A DNA stretch of 24,000 nt. It comes from Pseudanabaena sp. FACHB-1998. GTDB lineage: Bacteria; Cyanobacteriota; Cyanobacteriia; Pseudanabaenales; Pseudanabaenaceae. Position 1 is the first letter of the stretch. Each line of letters starts with the position of its first letter. Location of the stretch: positions 51,849 through 75,848 of the forward strand of contig NZ_JACJQA010000011.1 in the NCBI RefSeq assembly GCF_014696355.1, read 5' to 3'. The position numbers and the translations under genes are program-made. Positions 16,348 through 22,981 of the stretch are shown here, in pieces. The notes beneath the pieces were generated by a model. The model was given only the letters and a program-made list of their open reading frames with translations, was not told the DNA's origin and did no database searches.

Positions 16348-16869
16348 CTAGGAAACTGCTGCTGCTGCCTTATCGAAGTAGCTAGCTAGTTCACCGATGA
16401 GGCTGTTGCAATCACCACGAGTGATGCCATTAGGATCGTTAGCGATCGCAATTGCTGCTTCTTTCATCTTGTTAACACCAACTGCAACGGAAGCTCCAGG
16501 AGTACCGAGAGCCAAGTAGGTTTCTCTCAAACCGTTCAAGCAACGATCATCCAAGATGCTGGAATCGCCAGCGTAGATAGCGTAGGTTACATAGCGCAAG
16601 ATGATTTCCATGTCGCGTAAGCAAGCAGCCATACGACGGTTGGTGTAAGCATTTCCACCAGGAGCGATCAAAGCGGGCTGTTCAGCAAACAAGGAACGAG
16701 CAGCATTAGCAACGATTGTAGAAGAGTTACCAGTGATGCGGTTTACGATATCAATACGCTTGTTACCTTCAGCAACCAATGAGCTCAAAGCATCTAGCTG
16801 AGAAGAGGTGAGGTATGCACCACGTGAATCAGCTTGGGATACTACCTTGGCAAATGCATCTAATGTCAT
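16348..16869 (-). CDS. cpcB: C-phycocyanin beta subunit
   Basis: 173 aa. [38 protein letters not shown] (Cys82) and ITRGDCNSL (Cys153). Confidence 0.93.
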   Translation of the reverse strand: MTLDAFAKVVSQADSRGAYLTSSQLDALSSLVAEGNKRIDIVNRITGNSSTIVANAARSLFAEQPALIAPGGNAYTNRRMAACLRDMEIILRYVTYAIYAGDSSILDDRCLNGLRETYLALGTPGASVAVGVNKMKEAAIAIANDPNGITRGDCNSLIGELASYFDKAAAAVS

Positions 16870-17382
16870 GTTACGTTTATCTCCAAATTATGTTTTAAGT
16901 GTCTTTTAAAGACTGAGATAGGCAAAGCCACTCACTCTCTAGAATGTTTCTAAATTTGCTTTAGAAGCAGCTAGAAAAAATTTATGTTTTTAAAGGGTTG
17001 AGTAGAAATACTTAGCTAGTTAAGCGCTTAACTTTCGCTTAGCTAGTTAGTTAAATTTCTAACCTATTTGTTTATACTATGTCGTTGGATCGTTTTTTAT
17101 TACAGATTGTCACAATTTATAAAGGGTTGTTGCGAAATAGCAGTTTTTAACGCTGAAACCCGTTTGTAGTAACAAGTTATTGGAGCTTGATTTTTGCTGG
17201 ATGTCAGTTAGAAAGCCATAAACCAGTTCTTCTGTCCATTTTGAACTATAGTTTCCTAACTTCAAGAATGAGTAAATATTACTAGTGCAAGTTTTGATAA
17301 AGGCAAGGGGCTTTATCAAAACTTGTTCTAGGCTTGGCAAATTCTAGGCTCGGCAAAATCGTGACCGTGCCAAACTCCTTAC

Positions 17383-17419
17383 AAAGAGAGGTGCGGCGTT
17401 TTGTGCCACACCTCTCTTT
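17383..17419 (-). terminator. probable glyQ terminator hairpin
   Basis: aaagagaggtg...cacctctcttt gives an 11-bp outer stem plus a GC-rich inner stem. It sits 12 nt downstream of the glyQ stop on the minus strand. Confidence 0.65.
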
Positions 17420-17430
17420 ATGAATAAGAT

Positions 17431-18345
17431 TTAAACGGGAACCTTTAGATCTGAGCCTAAAGGAAAACCGAGAGCTTCTCTTTGATTGTAATAAAGCTTG
17501 GCAACCTGTCTAGCAAGGTTGCGAATTCGCCCAATATAACGAGTACGCTCTGTTACGGAAATTACGCCCCTTGCATCAAGCAAGTTAAAAGAGTGCGAAC
17601 ATTTCAGCACGTAGTCAAAGGCAGGAAGCACTAGCTCAGATTCGATTAAATGCGCTGCTTCCTTTTCGTACTGCAAGAATAATTGGAAGAGTAAATCTGA
17701 ATCCTGTGGCTTGCCTCCAAAGTTACCAAAGTTATAACCACTATGCTCAACTTCGCCTTGGTGATGCACCTGCCCATACTTAATGTCGCCTAGAGTGGGG
17801 TGCGATCGCCATACGATGTCATACACTGAGTCCACTCCTTGTAGGTACATCACGAGACGTTCTAACCCGTAGGTAATCTCCGCAGAAACGGGGCGACAGT
17901 CTAAGCCACCGACCTGTTGAAAATAGGTGAATTGGGTGACTTCCATTCCATCGAGCCACACTTCCCAACCCACACCCCAAGCTCCAAGGGTAGGAGATTC
18001 CCAATCGTCTTCTACAAAACGAACATCATGGTCGGCGGGATCGATGCCTAGATGTTTGAGGCTATTTAGATATAGATCGAGGACATCATCGGGGGATGGC
18101 TTGAGAATTACTTGAAATTGGTAGTAATGCTGTAAGCGGTTGGGGTTTTCGCCATAGCGCCCGTCGGTGGGACGACGGCATGGTTCTACATAGGCGACAT
18201 TCCAAGGCTCAGGACCGATCGCTCTTAAAAAGGTATGAGGACTCATCGTGCCAGCGCCTTTTTCGATGTCATAGGGCTGAGCAATCAGACATCCGCGATC
18301 GCTCCAATACTTTTGTAATTCCAAGATAACCGACTGAAAATCCAT
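17431..18345 (-). CDS. glyQ: glycine--tRNA ligase alpha subunit
   Basis: 304 aa. [48 protein letters not shown] and [29 protein letters not shown] are nearly invariant GlyQ sequence. Confidence 0.95.
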   Translation of the reverse strand: MDFQSVILELQKYWSDRGCLIAQPYDIEKGAGTMSPHTFLRAIGPEPWNVAYVEPCRRPTDGRYGENPNRLQHYYQFQVILKPSPDDVLDLYLNSLKHLGIDPADHDVRFVEDDWESPTLGAWGVGWEVWLDGMEVTQFTYFQQVGGLDCRPVSAEITYGLERLVMYLQGVDSVYDIVWRSHPTLGDIKYGQVHHQGEVEHSGYNFGNFGGKPQDSDLLFQLFLQYEKEAAHLIESELVLPAFDYVLKCSHSFNLLDARGVISVTERTRYIGRIRNLARQVAKLYYNQREALGFPLGSDLKVPV

Positions 18346-18414
18346 GCTTCGAGAGTCAATAATGGGGCTATAACACTTTAGATTTTTATACTATAGCAAT
18401 GCTTGAGTTATACC

Positions 18415-18447
18415 AAAACTAAAAATGGCGTAGCCATTTTTAGTTTT
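18415..18447. repeat. 33-bp hairpin (15-bp perfect stem, GTA loop) in the glyQ upstream region
   Basis: aaaactaaaaatggc-gta-gccatttttagtttt. On the minus strand the stem ends in UUUU, so it could act as an extra terminator or attenuator ahead of glyQ. Confidence 0.7.
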
Positions 18448-18480
18448 AAAAGCCTTTACTGAGTTTGCTTTTTATAGCGT

Positions 18481-18530
18481 TATTTCCTTCCCACCCAAGA
18501 ATTAGTGGTGCGGCGCGAAGCGCCGCCACT
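18481..18530. repeat. REP/MITE-like element, copy 2 (truncated: left arm and apex only)
   Basis: tatttccttcccacccaagaattagtggtgcggcgcgaagcgccgccact matches the left half and apex of copies 1 and 3. The right arm stops after about 10 nt. Confidence 0.75.
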
Positions 18531-18585
18531 CGCTTTCTAGTTTTTAATTCAAGCCTTAACAGGCTATATTTTCGTGAATTGGTGT

Positions 18586-18680
18586 TACTCTTTCCCACCC
18601 AAAGATTAGTGGTGCGGCGCTTCGCGCCGCACCACTAATCTTTGGGTTTTAGTGTCTATTTTTATACTGGGAAGGGAGTA
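18586..18680. repeat. REP/MITE-like nested-palindrome element, copy 3 (95 bp, intact)
   Basis: tactctttcccacccaaagattagtggtgcggcgcttcgcgccgcaccactaatctttgggttttagtgtctatttttatactgggaagggagta. The inner stem is 23 bp and perfect. The outer inverted repeat is tactctttccca / tgggaagggagta. Confidence 0.9.
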
Positions 18681-18690
18681 GTTAGCTATA

Positions 18691-18729
18691 TCAAAAAGAA
18701 GGGTGGCATTTTGCCACCCTTCTTTTTGA
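18691..18729 (-). terminator. intrinsic terminator of the membrane-protein cassette
   Basis: tcaaaaagaagggtggc-atttt-gccacccttctttttga gives a 17-bp stem with a T-run. It lies 11 nt downstream of the stop at 18741. Confidence 0.8.
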
Positions 18730-18740
18730 TAATTCTGGGA

Positions 18741-19451
18741 TTAAGTTAGATGTCGATAAGCGCTAAATGGAATTCCCGTTCGCTTTTTGATGTCCATGAT
18801 CGATTTAAATTCTCCTCGACGCTGACGCTCCTCAGCGATCGCGTGGGCGACCTTTGGCTCCAGTCCCAAACCAATTAGATCATCCGCCGACATAGAATTA
18901 ATTCGTTTCCATGAATAACCCGACTCTTGGCGATAATCATAGCTAAATACGACCATTGGCTCGATTTTCTTGAGAGTTGAGTTAGGAATTTCTAAAACAT
19001 CATGCAATTCCTCAAGGCTAGTAAAGATATGTCCTTCGTCTCGTAAGGAATCAATATCATTTGCATAAACAATGGGTAAGCCTAAAACATTTACCAAGTC
19101 ATTCTTCGAGCAGGCATTGATATCAACCTTAGCGCGATAGGGGGCGATCGCAGCAAATAGCTTGGCATCATCTGGTAAAGGTAAATCTCTGGGATAGGTC
19201 TTGACTAAATATTCGCGTTTGAGAGCAAAGGCGGTAGCAATTTGAGCGACCCAAACTAAACCCGCAAGTTTAGATAAAATTGGAATGGACGGTAAAATTA
19301 TTGCGGCAGCAACAAATCCTGCTCCAATACCAATCCAAACATTAGAGCCTGACTTCGCTCCTGCATAGGCGATCGCCCCACCACCTAATGCTGGGAAAAA
19401 AGACCACCAAACCCAATTTGGCGTTTGATCGAACCAAGAAGGTTGAGACAT
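18741..19451 (-). CDS. membrane protein: three N-terminal TM helices plus two ComEA-like helix-hairpin-helix modules
   Basis: 236 aa. The TM segments are WVWWSFFPALGGGAIAYAG, VWIGIGAGFVAAAIILPSIPIL and LAGLVWVAQIATAFAL. The HhH-like modules are VDINACSKNDLVNVLGLP...SLEELHDVLEIPNSTLKKI and INSMSADDLIGLGLEPKVAHAIAEERQRRGEFKSIMDIKKRTGIP. Confidence 0.6.
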   Translation of the reverse strand: MSQPSWFDQTPNWVWWSFFPALGGGAIAYAGAKSGSNVWIGIGAGFVAAAIILPSIPILSKLAGLVWVAQIATAFALKREYLVKTYPRDLPLPDDAKLFAAIAPYRAKVDINACSKNDLVNVLGLPIVYANDIDSLRDEGHIFTSLEELHDVLEIPNSTLKKIEPMVVFSYDYRQESGYSWKRINSMSADDLIGLGLEPKVAHAIAEERQRRGEFKSIMDIKKRTGIPFSAYRHLT

Positions 19452-19472
19452 AGTGTTAAGAGATATTAGTTC

Positions 19473-19808
19473 TTAGATATTCTTCAGTAACTTTTTACGC
19501 TTTTCTTCGTACTCTTCGGCAGTAATCACACCCTCGTCATAAAGTCTTTTGAGGTCACTAAGTGCCGAGGTAGAATCTTTAACGGAGGCTGTTGCCTGTC
19601 CTGCCCCACCGTTAAATCTGCGGTTAAATTCTTCCTCAGACATCAAAAGTAACATGATGAATTCGATGAGAGTGGCGAGCGAGGGAATGCCAGTCCAGCA
19701 GAATAGTAGATACAGAATACCCCATCCAGTTTGCCCCAGATAAAATTTATGAGCGCCGAAAGCCCCTAAAAAGAAGCACCAAAGGATTGCATTAGTTCTA
19801 CTCTTCAT
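19473..19808 (-). CDS. TM2-domain membrane protein with a C-terminal SHOCT-like domain
   Basis: 111 aa. FLGAFGAHKFYLGQTGWGILYLL...IEFIMLL fits the two-helix TM2 pattern (GxHxFYxG). The C-terminal LSDLKRLYDEGVITAEEYEEKRKKLL fits SHOCT. Confidence 0.7.
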   Translation of the reverse strand: MKSRTNAILWCFFLGAFGAHKFYLGQTGWGILYLLFCWTGIPSLATLIEFIMLLLMSEEEFNRRFNGGAGQATASVKDSTSALSDLKRLYDEGVITAEEYEEKRKKLLKNI

Positions 19809-19885
19809 ACCTATCTCTTCTCTATCTCTTATTTTTTGTATTTGCTATTTTAGGCTAGATATACAATACACCATGCCTAACGTAG

Positions 19886-20113
19886 CTATGTTGAGTGTTT
19901 TTCTTTATTAATCTTGCCCAATTTTTTACTTAGAAAGTACACTGCGGCGATGCCTAGTTTTGCTTCGAGGAGGGTGATGTAAATTTGTAAGTAGGGATGA
20001 GTCTCTGGATTAGAATTAAAGGCAAATACAGCGATCCCCACAAGGACATAGGGCAGAAATTTTAATTTATTAGTGACTTGTTTGGTGCTAAAAAGCGAAA
20101 ATTTATCCACCAT
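19886..20113 (-). CDS. small hypothetical 2-TM membrane protein
   Basis: 75-aa ORF with an ATG start and two hydrophobic segments (LPYVLVGIAVFAF and LGIAAVYFL). It runs in the same direction as its neighbours. Whether it is really coding is uncertain. Confidence 0.4.
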   Translation of the reverse strand: MVDKFSLFSTKQVTNKLKFLPYVLVGIAVFAFNSNPETHPYLQIYITLLEAKLGIAAVYFLSKKLGKINKEKHST

Positions 20114-20208
20114 GTTTTTTCTTCACCATGTTGTTGAGATCTGTAGAGATGATCATCCTATTTTTCAGGTTATCTTAGTCAATTAGATAACTTGTATTCC
20201 TAAGCACA

Positions 20209-22833
20209 TTAGATCACCTCATTAACGGGGAAGCGATCTATTAATTGAGCCGCTTGTTTGGCGGCTTGGTAGATTTGAGTGGGTAAATGGGGAACATGGG
20301 GGATCTGATAGAGCAGATCAATCGTGCGACGCATCAAGCGCACAATATCCCCTTCATCGAGATTGGTGTTTTGGCATAGCTCCACCCATTCCATCCCTAG
20401 CGCCCATTGCTCGACCAATCCCGTCAGCTCGTAATCAAGCCAAGCAGGAATATCAACTAAATGGCGGCGTTGGATATGCATTAACTCACGGCGGCGATCG
20501 CGCAGACCATCAAGGGCATCCTCCACCGTTGGCGACAGCCCGAACTTAATCCAGTTGTCAGGGCGACTATTTTCGCTGACGATCGCCGCGCATACTGTCG
20601 CCAAATGATGGGGCGAGAGGTTATCTAATTCACCAGAAAGCAAGGCACAGGCTAACCACAGTTCATTTTCACCCCGTAGCGCCGCCACCACCTGTCCAAT
20701 GTCCGTGGGTTTCGTATCCTCAAGACAGCCGTAGGACTGCAAAATATTCACTAAGCTCATGAACTCTTGCCAGTGACGTTGGCGGCGCTCGTTGACGACC
20801 TTTTGCTGAAATTCGATTTGGCGTTGCAACTGTTCAAGGCGATTTACCTTTTTAAACACAGAGCCGCGATCGCTCATTTTCGATACAGGATGGCGATCCA
20901 TTTCCGCTTCGATCGCCACCACTCGCGCCTGTTGCTTGAGGACTTCGGGCGCTAATTCGGGGGCGGCTAAGGGCGTAATTTTTTGGGCGATCGCGAGGCT
21001 AGTTTCATCGCCGTCGATGGACTGCCCCGGCCGCAGAGCTAACTTGGTGGGATATTCGATATCGCCATCCAATAGCAAATCACTGCCGACTAACACAATA
21101 TCTTTGTAGCCCGCCACATACCAACGATTATCACGACCAAGGCACACAAACCAAGGGAACTGCCCAGAGCCTTGCACCTTGGCAGCTAAAACCGTATGCA
21201 CAATTAAGCCTTTATTAGAGCGAATCGTAAGTGGCGAACCCGATAGCAGGTAAGGCGCATAGGATGCTAAGTCCTGTAGGCGAGTTTCTTCGGCTTGTTG
21301 GGCAAGTAATTTGAGCAGGCGCTTTTCTTCGCGGAGGCGATCGCGCAGTTTGTCATAGACTTCTAATTGCTTCAAATCGACATTAGCGAGATCCTTCTCT
21401 AACTTCGCAATCTGTTCCATTACCGACTCGAGGTTCTGGATTTGGGGCGCAAGATTGAGATCCGCCAGATATTGCCCAAAGCTCCGTTCGACCAAATCTC
21501 TCGCCTGTTCGAGGGAATGGGTTTGCAGCAAGTTCATCACCATGCCATAGCTGGGCGCAAACTGACTGACAAGAGGATCGGCGCTAGAGGTGGCAAGGTG
21601 GGCGGCTTCCTTCGCGCCCTCAAAAGGAGTTTGGACAGTTACCACATAGCCAACTTCATCCATGCCGCGCCGTCCTGCCCTTCCCGCCATCTGCAAGAAT
21701 TCCGAAGCATTAAGTAACCGATGTCCGCGATCGGTGCGCTTAGAGATGCTAGAAATCACCGTAGTTCGCGCAGGCATATTAATTCCCGCCGCTAGGGTTT
21801 CCGTGGCAAAGACCACCTTAATTAAACCCTGTTGAAATAGTTCCTCAACAAAGCCTTTCCATGCTGGCAAAATCCCCGCATGGTGGGCAGCTATACCTCG
21901 ATAAAGAGCATCAATATGCACTGGCTTGCCAATTTCGGGATTAGCCGCCACAAAATTATCGACTTGAGGCTTTAACCTTAGAGATTCGGCAGAATTTACA
22001 AGGGAAACATTACCTAACTCGGTAATCGCTTTGTCACAACCACGGCGGCTAAAGATAAAGTAAATAGCTGGTAGCATGTCCCTTTGTCGCAAGTGGGAAA
22101 CTACTGCGCCAATACTAGGCACAATTTTATGGCGTTCCTCTTTACTAGGCGGCTTATTGGTGAGAGGCTTTAAGCGTGGATTGATCTTCTGATTAGAACT
22201 GTCGAGCAGTGGAAAGAAGCCTTTGTTATTACAGAAAGAATGTTGTAATGGAACGGGGCGAAAGTCGGAATAGATTAACTCGGTTCTGCCATGTACTTTG
22301 TTGAGCCAATCCGTTAGCTGTTGGCTATTGGCAACCGTTGCCGAGAGTGCCACTAGCTGCACTTCCACAGGACAATAAACAATCGACTCTTCCCAAACTG
22401 TTCCCCTTTGGCGATCGTTCATGTAGTGACATTCATCAAGAACCACTACTTCTACGTCCGTGAGGGATGTACCGACTTCACCGATGGGCGTTCCATAGAG
22501 CATATTCCGAAAAATCTCGGTGGTCATCACCAAAATGGGCGCGTCACGGTTTACCGACAAATCCCCCGTCAGCAACCCCACATTCTCATCGCCAAACTGA
22601 TGGCGAAAGTCCCGTAATTTTTGATTAGAAAGCGCTTTGAGTGGCGTGGTATAAAAAACTCGCCGCCTTCCCGCTAAGGCGGCATGAATGGCATATTCAC
22701 CAATGAGGGTTTTCCCCGAACCCGTTGGCGCACAAACAACGACTGACTTACCCGCTTGCAAGGCGGCGATCGCCTGTAGCTGAAATGAGTCTAGCTGAAA
22801 TGGATATAGGTCTTGGGGGTCTATCGCTTGCAC
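20209..22833 (-). CDS. Ski2-like (DExH-box) superfamily-2 RNA helicase, HelY/ISE2-type
   Basis: 874 aa with a GTG start. Motif I is APTGSGKT, motif II is DECH, and later motifs are SAT, ATETLAAGINMPA and QMAGRAGRRG. The C-terminal DSHCT-like region contains ELCQNTNLDEGDIVRLMRRTIDLL. Confidence 0.9.
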   Translation of the reverse strand: MQAIDPQDLYPFQLDSFQLQAIAALQAGKSVVVCAPTGSGKTLIGEYAIHAALAGRRRVFYTTPLKALSNQKLRDFRHQFGDENVGLLTGDLSVNRDAPILVMTTEIFRNMLYGTPIGEVGTSLTDVEVVVLDECHYMNDRQRGTVWEESIVYCPVEVQLVALSATVANSQQLTDWLNKVHGRTELIYSDFRPVPLQHSFCNNKGFFPLLDSSNQKINPRLKPLTNKPPSKEERHKIVPSIGAVVSHLRQRDMLPAIYFIFSRRGCDKAITELGNVSLVNSAESLRLKPQVDNFVAANPEIGKPVHIDALYRGIAAHHAGILPAWKGFVEELFQQGLIKVVFATETLAAGINMPARTTVISSISKRTDRGHRLLNASEFLQMAGRAGRRGMDEVGYVVTVQTPFEGAKEAAHLATSSADPLVSQFAPSYGMVMNLLQTHSLEQARDLVERSFGQYLADLNLAPQIQNLESVMEQIAKLEKDLANVDLKQLEVYDKLRDRLREEKRLLKLLAQQAEETRLQDLASYAPYLLSGSPLTIRSNKGLIVHTVLAAKVQGSGQFPWFVCLGRDNRWYVAGYKDIVLVGSDLLLDGDIEYPTKLALRPGQSIDGDETSLAIAQKITPLAAPELAPEVLKQQARVVAIEAEMDRHPVSKMSDRGSVFKKVNRLEQLQRQIEFQQKVVNERRQRHWQEFMSLVNILQSYGCLEDTKPTDIGQVVAALRGENELWLACALLSGELDNLSPHHLATVCAAIVSENSRPDNWIKFGLSPTVEDALDGLRDRRRELMHIQRRHLVDIPAWLDYELTGLVEQWALGMEWVELCQNTNLDEGDIVRLMRRTIDLLYQIPHVPHLPTQIYQAAKQAAQLIDRFPVNEVI

Positions 22834-22877
22834 GCAGGTTTGCCTGAGTAAGTATACTTAAATATAATCAATGTAAT

Positions 22878-22929
22878 ATTTATAGCAGTTTTCCAAGAGG
22901 TGTATCCTCCTTGGAAAACTGCTATAAAT
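22878..22929. repeat. 52-bp palindrome (20-bp perfect arms plus 3 bp beyond a bulge) in the divergent helicase / RM intergenic region
   Basis: atttatagcagttttccaag-agg-tgtat-cctc-cttggaaaactgctataaat. It lies 45 nt from the helicase start and 53 nt from the RM gene start. Confidence 0.85.
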
Positions 22930-22981
22930 GCTTGTCTAGCCTTATATAGTATCCTATTGACTAAGTTTGCACAAAAGAGAT

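Noticed and set aside
17110-17340. 76-aa minus-strand ORF in the cpcB upstream region.
   Set aside because: It has no ribosome-binding site, an AT-rich low-complexity translation, and it spans hairpin and repeat sequences in a region expected to be the cpcBA promoter and 5' UTR. It is probably non-coding.
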